Shown here piece after piece: positions 43,874 to 53,342 of a stretch of DNA of 64,000 nt. The notes under the pieces were generated by a model, which ran no database searches, was not told where the DNA came from, and saw only the letters and a program-made list of their open reading frames with translations. Source of the DNA: a bacterium (GTDB lineage Bacteria > Patescibacteriota > Saccharimonadia > Saccharimonadales > AWTP1-31); NCBI GenBank assembly GCA_030426125.1, contig JAUHZB010000001.1:94583-158582 (forward strand). Direction: 5' to 3'. How positions within the stretch are numbered: the stretch's first letter is position 1; each line of letters starts with the position of its first letter. Position numbers and translations under genes: made by a program.

Positions 43874-45574
43874 ATGCCTCAATTTAGTCGTCCCAAAAAA
43901 CGTCGCACCAGTCGCTCCGTCGACGGTATGCTAACAAAAAGAACAAAAAAGATTGGCACCCCTGAATACTATAGTGGAGGAAGCCCGCTAAGTAGTTCAC
44001 CAAGACGTTCATTAGGGGCCAGGACAACTAAGCCGAAATCAGATATTGAAGCTCCAGATGAGCCAGTGACGCAAAAGAAACTTGGTGACTTTAATAGGCC
44101 AGAATCTTCACCATTTCAAAGCACTAATCAAAGAAGGAAAAAATCAGAGACTGAAGATATGTCAAAAAAAGCAAAAGGCAAGAAGTCTAAAAAAGAACCA
44201 GGCAAAATTAGGCGCTGGTGGAATAAACGAAGCCGTAGGACCAAGATTTTTATAATTATCGGGGTAATACTATTGGTCTTAGGTGGATTGTTTGGTTACC
44301 GAATATATAACTTCTTAAACTCAGTATTTGGTAGAGACGTTGGTAATAGTAGTTCAGCAGCCCTAAACGATGAAGTTCGACCGGAAGATCTAAATACCGA
44401 AGGTGATGGCCGCCTTAATGTGTTGCTTCTAGGAAGAGGCGGTGCTGAAAACGTAGCTCCAAACCTAACCGACACCATGATAATTGCTAGTGTAGACTTT
44501 AAGACCCAAAAAGCATCACTACTTAGTATCCCCAGAGATTTCTGGGTGGAAGTAAATGGTTCGGCGATGAAGATTAATGCGGCTTATGAGATGTCTCGAG
44601 AAGCGGCCCTATACGAGGGTAAGAAAGAAGAACAGGCTGAGAAGGTTGCCATTAGAACCACCATAGACACTGTTCGTGATATTGCTGGTGTTCCAATTCA
44701 TAAATACGTATTAACTGACTACAAGGCCTTTAGAGACATTGTAAATGCTCTAGGAGGAGTTGATGTTAATGTACCGGAAGATATTTATGATGGCTTTGCT
44801 GGTTGGCAATTTAAAGCTGGTGAACAAACCTTTAACGGCGAAAAAGCTCTGCAATACGCTCGGACTAGGCATGGTTCCTCTAGGGGTGACTTTGACCGTA
44901 ACGAGAACCAACGTCGACTACTACTAGCTATGCGGGCTAAGGCAACCTCCACCGGAATAATTGCTAACCCAGTAAAAATTAATAGCATTGCTAACGCCGT
45001 CCAGAAAAACATTCAAACTGATCTAACACTAGACGAAGCTAGAAAAGTTTTTGAGCGAACCAAAGATCTTACTGACAATAATATTGTTAATCTAGACCTA
45101 GCCAAGGAAAAAGATCCACTGGTAGAAACTGGCAATGCTGGAGGGTTATCGATAGTCCGCCCAGTCAAAGGACTGGTAGATTATAGCGATATTCGTAGTT
45201 ATGCTAGGCGCAATATGCGAGATCCTTATCTAATGCAGGAAAATCCAACGGTTACTATTTATAACGGTACCGGTCGAGATGGCGTAGCTCAGTTTGTCTC
45301 AGATGTAATGTCAGCCTATGGCTATAAAGTTTTAGTTAAAGAAACTGCTAAAGAGAATCAGCCAAAAACTTTGGTGTATAAAGCCAATGACCGGGAAATG
45401 CCTTTCACGGAGAGGTTCCTGTATAAGCGCTTTGGTGTAGTTTATACCAAAGACTTGCCTGGCAACGTTTTACCGAAAGTTAAAGAAGGTGAGACCACTC
45501 CACCTAAAGGAGATTTCGTGATAGTTCTAGGTTCTGACTTCGATAAGAATGGTGATAGTGGGCCAACTTGGTAG
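43874..45574 (+). CDS. LCP (LytR-CpsA-Psr) glycopolymer ligase with LytR_C domain
   Basis: NVLLLG, TDTMII, SIPRD, KINAAY, YARTR, DFDRNENQ, IYNGTG motifs. Confidence 0.92.
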   Translation: MPQFSRPKKRRTSRSVDGMLTKRTKKIGTPEYYSGGSPLSSSPRRSLGARTTKPKSDIEAPDEPVTQKKLGDFNRPESSPFQSTNQRRKKSETEDMSKKAKGKKSKKEPGKIRRWWNKRSRRTKIFIIIGVILLVLGGLFGYRIYNFLNSVFGRDVGNSSSAALNDEVRPEDLNTEGDGRLNVLLLGRGGAENVAPNLTDTMIIASVDFKTQKASLLSIPRDFWVEVNGSAMKINAAYEMSREAALYEGKKEEQAEKVAIRTTIDTVRDIAGVPIHKYVLTDYKAFRDIVNALGGVDVNVPEDIYDGFAGWQFKAGEQTFNGEKALQYARTRHGSSRGDFDRNENQRRLLLAMRAKATSTGIIANPVKINSIANAVQKNIQTDLTLDEARKVFERTKDLTDNNIVNLDLAKEKDPLVETGNAGGLSIVRPVKGLVDYSDIRSYARRNMRDPYLMQENPTVTIYNGTGRDGVAQFVSDVMSAYGYKVLVKETAKENQPKTLVYKANDREMPFTERFLYKRFGVVYTKDLPGNVLPKVKEGETTPPKGDFVIVLGSDFDKNGDSGPTW

Positions 45575-45626
45575 TTAGCGTATAATATCAGTAGAAAACA
45601 ATAGAACTATTACTACCGGGGGTGCT

Positions 45627-46100
45627 ATGAACAAAGATACCAAAGAGAAGCCAAAAAAAGACAGTGTTCGGCCAACCAAGAAACAAAAAGCACTGCTAGA
45701 TTTCATAGCCACCTTTATTGCCGAGCATGGCTATAGTCCTAGTTACCGTGAAATAATGAAAAGTTTAAACTATACTTCGGTTTCGACTGTGGCCCTTCAC
45801 GTTTCTAATCTAATCAAACGAGGTCACCTGGTAAAACGTGATTACTCAGCTCGATCGCTCGAAGTAGTAAATCAAAAAGATGACGACATTACTGTCAGTG
45901 GACCAGTTAGCGCAGCTGAGGAAAAATGGTTGGTTAAGAATATAGACAACCGCTTTAAGCAAGTTGAAGACTCAGCTAAAGCTGATCAGTCTGAGGTTGA
46001 TGATCTTTATGTGTTGGTTGGAGCTCTGAAAGTCCTAGGGTTAGAAGGTGCCGCTCATTCTTTCATTGCTAGGCTTTCTAAGTTGAAGGTAGTTAAATAA
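45627..46100 (+). CDS. LexA-type winged-helix regulator lacking the S24 peptidase domain
   Basis: TKKQKALLDFI...HGYSPSYREI...SVSTVALHVSNL...ARSLE; the helical C-terminus has no Ala-Gly cleavage site or Ser-Lys dyad motifs. Confidence 0.8.
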   Translation: MNKDTKEKPKKDSVRPTKKQKALLDFIATFIAEHGYSPSYREIMKSLNYTSVSTVALHVSNLIKRGHLVKRDYSARSLEVVNQKDDDITVSGPVSAAEEKWLVKNIDNRFKQVEDSAKADQSEVDDLYVLVGALKVLGLEGAAHSFIARLSKLKVVK

Positions 46101-46909
46101 TGGTAGAAATTCTTCAGGCTATAATACTGGGAATAATTGAAGGATTAACCGAGTTTTTACCGATATCTAGTACCGGACATTTGTATCTTAGTGGCCGTTT
46201 AATGGGCTATAAAGACACCGCTTCGATATTTACGGTTGTGATTCAATTTGGCGCAATACTAGCCGTTGTTTGGTTTTATCGGGCGGATTTACTAGCAAAG
46301 GTTCAGGGGCTATTTACCGCTGATAAAAAAATAGCCAAGTTTTGGATAAATTGGATTGTCGCTACCATTCCCGCTGGGATTGTTGGCCTACTTCTAGTGA
46401 ATAGCTTGGATCAATTTAATTCTAACCTTATTATTGCTAGCTCGCTTATTCTGGGAGGACTAGCGATGCTAGCTATAGAGACCTATCACAAAGCACCAAA
46501 AGCTAAGCAACAACCACAACTAGATAAATTAACTATCAGGCAATCTTTAGCCATCGGATTGTATCAGGTTATAGCTATCATACCGGGTGTTTCAAGGTCA
46601 GGAGCGACTATCATGGGAGGGTTGCTAAGTGGGTTGGATCGGGTTACGGCTACAAGTTTTTCGTTTTATTTAAGTATCCCAGTCATAGTGCTAGCTAGTG
46701 GCTATCAGTTGATCGATGGTCGCGACCAGTTATCTACTGTAGCTGGCGGAGGGCTGGCACTGCTACTAGGTACAATTGCGGCTTTCTTTACGGCGCTGTT
46801 AGCTGTTGGTTGGTTGCTTAGATATATTTCCAACAACGATTTCAAGCCTTTTGCTTATTACCGAATTGTTCTGGGACTAGTCATTTTTATAGCCATTGCA
46901 GTTGGCTAA
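46100..46909 (+). CDS. uppP: Undecaprenyl-diphosphate phosphatase
   Basis: EGLTEFLPISSTGH and PGVSRSGAT motifs. Confidence 0.96.
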   Translation: MVEILQAIILGIIEGLTEFLPISSTGHLYLSGRLMGYKDTASIFTVVIQFGAILAVVWFYRADLLAKVQGLFTADKKIAKFWINWIVATIPAGIVGLLLVNSLDQFNSNLIIASSLILGGLAMLAIETYHKAPKAKQQPQLDKLTIRQSLAIGLYQVIAIIPGVSRSGATIMGGLLSGLDRVTATSFSFYLSIPVIVLASGYQLIDGRDQLSTVAGGGLALLLGTIAAFFTALLAVGWLLRYISNNDFKPFAYYRIVLGLVIFIAIAVG

Positions 46910-46932
46910 GAAATTAAAGTAATAAACCAAGA

Positions 46933-47958
46933 CTAATCTTTTTCAGTTAACCAGCTTAGTAGGCTTGAAGATTTAACGGCTCCTGATATATCTTTAGCTT
47001 TAGCTCTAAGGAAAGCTTCTAGTTGATCTCTAGAACGTAGCTGGTAGGCATGGATTCCCGAAAGATTCTGGTACTCATCGGCGGCCCAGATGCCAATATC
47101 TAAACAATCTTCCTCACTTTTTACGTCGGTTAGTTCACCAACTGTAGAGCTGTAGCTATGATCATCGTCTAGATAACAGGCTACTGGCAGTGTGAGATTT
47201 CTAGGGTTGGCTAATAGTCTTGCAGTTCCGCTATGGATTGGGGTTTGGCATTCAACTATTGTATTGCGGTAGCTTTTTCGAATATTTGTTGCTCCGCCAG
47301 TGGCTAGAGCTAATATTTTTCCACCTTGGTTCAAATGGTTCCACATCTGGGTTAATGATCGTCTATTGAACTCATCGCGTAACTGGGTGGCAAATTTATC
47401 TCCAGAACGGCTATGTGGCAAAGTGAAGACGGTATGACCGATCATTTTAGCTAGCTCAGGCACTGGTGAGCCTAGGAAGTCGTACCAGGCTAGAGACTTG
47501 GCGAAAATCTCGAAGCGATCATTAGGCTGGTCATAGTCATACTTCATTTTTAATCCCATGCCTAGTTGACCCAAGGGAAGCGCTAAGTCGTGGACTTGAG
47601 CGTGGGTTGGTATTCCAATAGCAACATTGTATCCCTCACGGAGAGCATCAAAAACATCGTCTATTTGTTGTTCGTTTCTTTGCAGATAGCTATCAGATTG
47701 TTCAGAAATCCCAGGAGATAATAGATCTCCAAATTCAACTACTTCTGCTATTGGTTTGCCTTCAGCTGGCACCATTTGGCAGTCTACATCTTGCAAGGGG
47801 TACTGCACTGTATCGGTGCTAAGACCACCAAATAATTTTTCTGGTCCAGTATGTTTATCTGCTGCCTTCTCACAGCTGTCATACATTTTTTCAGTTTCTA
47901 CTGGGTAGAGTTCAGCTAGACTTACCTCAGGGGTAGTTGATGGATTTACTGTTTGCAT
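46933..47958 (-). CDS. Hypothetical protein, possible glycerolipid acyltransferase (PlsC/LPLAT) superfamily
   Basis: HX4D motif (THAQVHD), ILALATGGAT at the block III position, TLPVA at block IV. Confidence 0.5.
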   Translation of the reverse strand: MQTVNPSTTPEVSLAELYPVETEKMYDSCEKAADKHTGPEKLFGGLSTDTVQYPLQDVDCQMVPAEGKPIAEVVEFGDLLSPGISEQSDSYLQRNEQQIDDVFDALREGYNVAIGIPTHAQVHDLALPLGQLGMGLKMKYDYDQPNDRFEIFAKSLAWYDFLGSPVPELAKMIGHTVFTLPHSRSGDKFATQLRDEFNRRSLTQMWNHLNQGGKILALATGGATNIRKSYRNTIVECQTPIHSGTARLLANPRNLTLPVACYLDDDHSYSSTVGELTDVKSEEDCLDIGIWAADEYQNLSGIHAYQLRSRDQLEAFLRAKAKDISGAVKSSSLLSWLTEKD

Positions 47959-48034
47959 ATGGTGCAAATTCTACAGCGCAATTGCTATATATACAAAAGC
48001 TTTTTGGTGTAAAATATTATTACTTAACAATCGC

Positions 48035-48130
48035 AATAGTGGAATCACGTGAGAATCGTGGGCTGTGCCGCAACTGTATGGGTAGGCTAGAAACTTGGTT
48101 TTTAGCACCACCTGAGCCAGACACACTACT
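48035..48130 (+). ncRNA. Cobalamin riboswitch aptamer
   Basis: AATAGTGGAA; T-loop stem TCACG-TGAGAAT-CGTGG; GCTGTGCCGC-AACTGTA; B12-box-like GAGCCAGACA; P3 closure TAGTG 48037-41 with CACTA 48124-28. Confidence 0.82.
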
Positions 48131-48138
48131 AAAGACTT

Positions 48139-48194
48139 CCGAGCAGAAGCAAGCTTATTAGTGGCCCTCTTGCTCGGTTCGTCAGCAACGAGGG
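48139..48194 (+). promoter_or_regulatory. Riboswitch expression platform (alternative RBS sequestration)
   Basis: CCGAGCA 48139-45/TGCTCGG 48171-77 is mutually exclusive with CCCTCTTGCT 48165-74/AGCAACGAGGG 48184-94, which hides the SD before GTG 48198. Confidence 0.7.
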
Positions 48195-48197
48195 AAC

Positions 48198-49751
48198 GTG
48201 TTAGAGATATTAGAAAATCCAGAAGTAGTAATTGAGGCAGATGTAGGACAAGTGTCTACTGAACCGCTTTTTGATATCACACAATTGCCAGTTATTGTCT
48301 CTGCCGATAGTATCGATTGGTTACGCGAAAGTCGTAATCAAGCTCGCCAAGAGGGTCGTGAAACAATTGAGTTTAATAGAGTATTACGCCAAGCTGGCGA
48401 GCAGACAGAAGTTCCTAGGTTTGTTGATCCACTAAGTACTGCCCATCAGGTTCTGGAGCATCAGGAAGGAAGCGAGCAGTATAACTCCTGTCTAGAGGCG
48501 CTTCGCCTAGATACGCACCGTTTGTTAAGCGAAGCCTATCGCCGGCTAAACTGGGAGTGGTTTCCGAAAAGTCGGCAAGATTACGATAGTGAAACAGGTG
48601 ATTTTTTCTCTAATAATGAGATAAATATAGGCGAATTAACTTTTAACGGATTAACTCCTAATGGACATAGCGAAGAGGAGGAGCGGAGAGTTGAGGAGTG
48701 GGTTGAAGAGGCTGGCACCTACCGTAAAATCGGGGCTTTTATAGCTGCAGAAGCGGTGGATGTAGATTTGTTGCCCATAGATCAACAGATAGATCAACCT
48801 ATAGATCAGGATCAAAGCGTAATTAACACTACTCGGATATCTTTATGTCCGGATTGGGCGATAGAGGAGTATCAATCTGCTCCAGACCAAACAAATAGTT
48901 ACGGTGGGTATGTGCCAGAAAAAGAAAAGTTCATGATTCGCAGTCTAGCTTTTGACAGCAAAACCAACAGTCGTTATGAGAGTCAATTAGCTATATCTGG
49001 TGAATATATAGATACCGAGACCATTGCCACTGCTATTAGTATTTTTGATGAAACTATTTCTAGTGATAGTTCCAAGAAAGAAGTAAATAATAGCTTATTA
49101 CTTACTAGTTCAGAAGTCGATGAGTGGGATTGGATCGAGCTATTAGATGAGTTAGCAAGCCAGAAACATAACATCGAAATCTTTATGGGTGAAGTACTAC
49201 CCGAAGGGCAGGAGAAGAATTACCAAGAAGCTAAACGTAGTTCAGAGGATCGCTATCAGGCGCTAGAGGATCACGCCGATCAGTTAACTTCAGATATCTT
49301 GATGCTAGCGAAAAGCGGTGTTGATTCTGAGGTAGCCGGTGGCATTATTGAAGCTAAGGTTAAGGGGTTGATGGTTGAAGATTGTAGCGCTAGGCCAGCC
49401 ATGGCTAGAGAAATGTTTAATGAGCAGACAGCTCTTGGCTTCCAGCGAGCTTTGAGCCTTGAACAACTAGGAGATATTACCGGAGCTAACTTGTTAAGGA
49501 TCGATGTAGCCGAGCAGGCACCTGCTGCTAGTTTCTGTGGGGCTGGTTCTTGTGGTCTAGAGAATGTAGATAAGTCTACACTAAATAGTGATAGTAATTT
49601 AGGAGACTTAATCGAGTCTGGTGATATAGTACTTAAAGACACTGAGCGACCTTGTTCTTGTGGTAAGAAGGGTATAATTTACGTTTTTAACGAGAAAAAG
49701 GTAACAAAATATTGCTCGGAGTGTGAAAGGCAAGAGACTAAAAGGGGATAG
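48198..49751 (+). CDS. Large acidic hypothetical protein with C-terminal Cys motifs
   Basis: 517-aa ORF with SD GAGGG; CGAGSCG and CSC-x17-CSEC at the C-terminus. Confidence 0.85.
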   Translation: MLEILENPEVVIEADVGQVSTEPLFDITQLPVIVSADSIDWLRESRNQARQEGRETIEFNRVLRQAGEQTEVPRFVDPLSTAHQVLEHQEGSEQYNSCLEALRLDTHRLLSEAYRRLNWEWFPKSRQDYDSETGDFFSNNEINIGELTFNGLTPNGHSEEEERRVEEWVEEAGTYRKIGAFIAAEAVDVDLLPIDQQIDQPIDQDQSVINTTRISLCPDWAIEEYQSAPDQTNSYGGYVPEKEKFMIRSLAFDSKTNSRYESQLAISGEYIDTETIATAISIFDETISSDSSKKEVNNSLLLTSSEVDEWDWIELLDELASQKHNIEIFMGEVLPEGQEKNYQEAKRSSEDRYQALEDHADQLTSDILMLAKSGVDSEVAGGIIEAKVKGLMVEDCSARPAMAREMFNEQTALGFQRALSLEQLGDITGANLLRIDVAEQAPAASFCGAGSCGLENVDKSTLNSDSNLGDLIESGDIVLKDTERPCSCGKKGIIYVFNEKKVTKYCSECERQETKRG

Positions 49752-49756
49752 CAACA

Positions 49757-49924
49757 GTGGATGATAAAGATGAGATTTATCAGGAACTAGTAGATAAAAG
49801 AAGTCCGGAATTCTTCTGCGATTATTGTGGTCACTATCCAATAGAGCCAGTTCATGGACACTTCATGTGCCCAGAGTGTCGGATGCCGACCAAGTGCTGT
49901 GAAGGTATACCAGCCGATGGCTAG
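49757..49924 (+). CDS. 55-aa zinc-finger microprotein (not in the ORF track)
   Basis: GTG start after AAGGGGA; MDDKDEIYQELVDKRSPEFFCDYCGHYPIEPVHGHFMCPECRMPTKCCEGIPADG; fills the gap and overlaps the nadD ATG. Confidence 0.8.
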   Translation: MDDKDEIYQELVDKRSPEFFCDYCGHYPIEPVHGHFMCPECRMPTKCCEGIPADG

Positions 49925-50510
49925 GATCGGTATTTTTAGTGGCAGCTTTGACCCTATACATAAAGGACATATTGCATTTGCCATGCAAGCCTTGGATCGA
50001 GCTAATCTAGATAAAGTATATATTTGTCCAGAGCGAAAACCACCTCGTAAGCCAGGTATTACTCATGCTCATCATCGCTTTGAAATGGTTAAATTAGCTA
50101 CTCGGGCGCACACTAATATTGAGCTACTGGAATTGTTAGGTAATAACTTTACGCCGGCTAAAACGCTTACTCGGTTGAAGCGTAAATTCCCAAAAGATAC
50201 GTTAATCTTGCTTATGGGATCGGATCTATTCGAGCATATGCATAGCTGGAAGAATGTCGATATTTTACTCCGTAACGTTGGCTTGGTTATCGGTGCTCGA
50301 GGTAATTACGAGGTTACCGAGTCGCTGGCAGTTGCCCATAAACTGCCAAGACAGCCAAGAGAACTTACAATACTGGACAGCATTGAACGAGATATCTCAT
50401 CAAAACAGATACGTACTCAGCTAAAAGGGTACCACAGCTCCAAAGCAGTCCTAGCTAGTGTTTCTAGGTATGCCAAAGACCATTGGTTGTATGAGAAAAT
50501 TAAAGAATAG
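49917..50510 (+). CDS. nadD: Nicotinate/nicotinamide-nucleotide adenylyltransferase
   Basis: IGIFSGSFDPIHKGH, LMGSD, HSWK, ISSKQIR motifs; true start inferred at ATG 49917. Confidence 0.88.
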   Translation: MARIGIFSGSFDPIHKGHIAFAMQALDRANLDKVYICPERKPPRKPGITHAHHRFEMVKLATRAHTNIELLELLGNNFTPAKTLTRLKRKFPKDTLILLMGSDLFEHMHSWKNVDILLRNVGLVIGARGNYEVTESLAVAHKLPRQPRELTILDSIERDISSKQIRTQLKGYHSSKAVLASVSRYAKDHWLYEKIKE

Positions 50511-50551
50511 TCAGCTAATCACAAATTTCTTTGTGTTACAATTATCCAAGT

Positions 50552-51202
50552 ATGAATAAACAATTTGTAGCCATAGTAGTAGTCGTTTTAGTAGGTCTGT
50601 TCGGAATATTTTACTTTAATAAAGATAGCGCCAATGCACCAGCTAGTGGTGATGATAGTTCAAATTCACAAACTACCGGTAGTAATCACACTTTAGGTAA
50701 AAATACCAAAAACGTTACCTTAGTCGAATATGGCGATTTCCAGTGCCCAGCTTGTGCTGCTTATGAGCCAGTAGTTCAGGAGATTAGAGAAAAGTACCAA
50801 GAAGAAATTTCTTTCCAGTTCAGACACTTCCCATTGCAACAAATTCATCCTAACGCCAGGGCTGCATCTAGAGCTGCTGAAGCGGCCGGGCTTCAAGATA
50901 AGTTCTGGGAAATGCACGATTTACTATACGAACAGCAACAGGTCTGGAGCTCTAGCACTACCGTCAATAGTATTTTCGAAGGTTATGCTCAGCAGTTGGA
51001 CCTAGACATTGAGCAGTACAAGCAAGACTTTGCTTCTGAGTCTGTTAACGATGTAATTAATGCAGATTTTTCACAAGGAACTCAAGACGGTGTAAATTCG
51101 ACCCCTTCATTTGTGTTACAGGGCGAATTAATAAACGATCCGCCACAAGACATTGAAGGCTTTAGTGAGCTAATAGATAAAGCTATTGCTGAAAATAACT
51201 AA
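50552..51202 (+). CDS. DsbA/BdbD-like thiol-disulfide oxidoreductase
   Basis: N-terminal TM helix, EYGDFQCPAC, FRHFPL, GVNSTP motifs. Confidence 0.93.
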   Translation: MNKQFVAIVVVVLVGLFGIFYFNKDSANAPASGDDSSNSQTTGSNHTLGKNTKNVTLVEYGDFQCPACAAYEPVVQEIREKYQEEISFQFRHFPLQQIHPNARAASRAAEAAGLQDKFWEMHDLLYEQQQVWSSSTTVNSIFEGYAQQLDLDIEQYKQDFASESVNDVINADFSQGTQDGVNSTPSFVLQGELINDPPQDIEGFSELIDKAIAENN

Positions 51203-51233
51203 TAGATAAGTTATAAGTTTGTTAGGTTGGCGT

Positions 51234-52937
51234 TTAGCTATTAACTTTAGCTAGCTCTTCAGCTTCAAAGTTGTGCTGTAGTTGACCTAGATGTTTGTCT
51301 TTGAATTTACGGTACTCGGTTTTCTTAAAGCCATTGCGTTTAATGAAGGCGCTAATTTTTTCGCTACCAATGTAGTGCGGTAACATCACATAACTAGCTC
51401 CAAGACCGTAGAGTTCGGCTGCTTCATGGGCTGTGTTGGCGTGACAGATTATTACTACGTTTTGGTTTTTCTGAGTTACGAACTCGACTATCTGACGATT
51501 GCTATCAAAGTCGCCGATATGTGAGATGACTAGTTTTGTTTTAGAAATATTTAGTTCTTCAAGAAGTTCTGGGTCGGTTGCATCACCATAGATGTATGGG
51601 ATTTGCTTTCGATCTAATTCTTCAATAGCCTCCGGATCATAGTCAATTACTAGATTTTTCTTGGTTAAAGATTTTAGCACCTTAACGAAGCCACTACCGC
51701 CTTTCCGATAGCCGACTAGGATTGCTTCGTAAGAAGTGTTGGTTTCGAATTCGCTGCGGATTTTTTTACGTTCAAATATAGTTAAGTATTTTTCTAAACG
51801 TTTATATAGGCCATCGGAGTATGTGATCATATAGGAAGAAATTGCGATGGTTGCAATTGCTACGAAGGTTATTAAGGAGACTACTTCTTCACTTATCTGG
51901 CCATTTTTTAGACCGAGCAGGATGAATATTAGTGAGAATTCGCTGATTTGAGCTACGGCTAGTCCTGCTTTGAACCCGGTCTTTTTGGTGAAACCAAGCA
52001 TGCCCATAATGCTTATAACAATAATTGGATTTCCGATAAGAACTAGCGTTGAAAAACCAATGGTTTGTAGGAATATAGAGCTGACACCATCGAAATTAAG
52101 CTTTGATCCGAGAGCTATAAAGAAAACTACAATAAAGAAATCTCTAAGTGGTCTGAGGCGTGAACTTATTTCCTGCGCATAATTCATAGTTGCAAGAGAT
52201 ACACCTGCGACTAGTGCACCTACCTCTAAACTGAATCCGGCTGCATGAAACAGTGAAGCAACTCCAAACCCCCAAGCGATGGCAAATAAAAATAGCATCT
52301 CTTGTGATTTGGATAAAAAATTGCCCATTGGTTTTAAGACAAAATGCGAGAACAGTAGAGTTAAACCAATTAAGCCAATTCCTCTGACTAGTAGTATGGC
52401 TATTGAGGCCGGGTCGATAGATTCTGCGCCAGATGCCGAAGCTATCAGGAGGGCGATAGTAGCGACAACATCCTGGACTAATAGAAAGCCGATAGATATT
52501 TTTCCATATAGTTTATTATGTTCTTTTTTATCGGTCAGTAACTTAAGGATTATAATTGTGCTAGAAAAGGCCAAAGCAACTGATATATACAGAGATGGGA
52601 TAAGTGGATAACCGAATAATTTAGATACCGCCAGGCCGGCAAGAGTGGTGAATATTATCTGACCGACTCCAGTTAGCACTGAAACTTTACCAACCTCTTT
52701 TATGATTCGTGGGTTTAAACCAAGACCAACTAGAAAAAGCAGCAGGGCAATACCAAAACTACCAAGAAGTTCAATAGTCTCACCAGATTTAATTAAACTA
52801 AAAACTGCAGGACCTAATAATATACCGCTAATAATATGACCAATTATTAAAGGTTGTTTAAGGCGCTTCATGAGCATTGCTACAACTGTAGCAAACACAA
52901 TAACTAAACTAATTTCAGTAAATATATTTATGGCCAT
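51234..52937 (-). CDS. Kef-type cation:proton antiporter (CPA2) with TrkA-N domain
   Basis: FSSTIII, LLVQD, LRDFF, QISEFS, YGDATD motifs. Confidence 0.92.
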   Translation of the reverse strand: MAINIFTEISLVIVFATVVAMLMKRLKQPLIIGHIISGILLGPAVFSLIKSGETIELLGSFGIALLLFLVGLGLNPRIIKEVGKVSVLTGVGQIIFTTLAGLAVSKLFGYPLIPSLYISVALAFSSTIIILKLLTDKKEHNKLYGKISIGFLLVQDVVATIALLIASASGAESIDPASIAILLVRGIGLIGLTLLFSHFVLKPMGNFLSKSQEMLFLFAIAWGFGVASLFHAAGFSLEVGALVAGVSLATMNYAQEISSRLRPLRDFFIVVFFIALGSKLNFDGVSSIFLQTIGFSTLVLIGNPIIVISIMGMLGFTKKTGFKAGLAVAQISEFSLIFILLGLKNGQISEEVVSLITFVAIATIAISSYMITYSDGLYKRLEKYLTIFERKKIRSEFETNTSYEAILVGYRKGGSGFVKVLKSLTKKNLVIDYDPEAIEELDRKQIPYIYGDATDPELLEELNISKTKLVISHIGDFDSNRQIVEFVTQKNQNVVIICHANTAHEAAELYGLGASYVMLPHYIGSEKISAFIKRNGFKKTEYRKFKDKHLGQLQHNFEAEELAKVNS

Positions 52938-52990
52938 TATTTAATGTTTATCTTTATTTTTTTTGTTTAATCCTTTAATGGAGTTAATTA

Positions 52991-53230
52991 TTATTTCTTA
53001 GTTGGTCGGATAGCAAGCCCTAGAACAACACCGCCAAGAACTAACAGGGCGGCACCAAAGCCGATCAGAAGAAGTTGGATGTTTTCATATTCCTGAAGAT
53101 TTCCTAGAAGGATTACACAAGCTCCGGCAAATAGAATTCCGGTTGCGGCAAAAATGATGCCCCCGTCATCTACGCGGTTTTTGTTTGTTCTCTTGGTTCT
53201 AGATACTTTTTTCTTGGTTGTTTTAGCCAT
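52991..53230 (-). CDS. Small two-TM membrane protein
   Basis: Basic N-terminus, two hydrophobic helices, AAGGT upstream. Confidence 0.75.
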   Translation of the reverse strand: MAKTTKKKVSRTKRTNKNRVDDGGIIFAATGILFAGACVILLGNLQEYENIQLLLIGFGAALLVLGGVVLGLAIRPTKK

Positions 53231-53342
53231 TTTTATTACCTTTCGCTTGGATTGCTGATTTTAGTATACAAAATATAAAGCATAACTACAATTAGGTACA
53301 GAAATATGCATGGTAAGTGTAGTTACGATACATATTTAGTAC

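Noticed and set aside
47937..48161. 74-aa ORF across the riboswitch region
   Set aside because: It coincides with the structured RNA and a divergent promoter, and has no protein-like features.
48776..48815. Imperfect 12-bp tandem repeat (ATAGATCAACAG-like) in the 517-aa gene
   Set aside because: It is an in-frame IDQx linker expansion, too short for a CRISPR array or phase-variation tract.
49854..49916. N-terminal extension of nadD in the ORF track (MDTSCAQSV...)
   Set aside because: It overlaps the better-supported zinc-finger ORF in another frame; NadD homology begins at ATG 49917.
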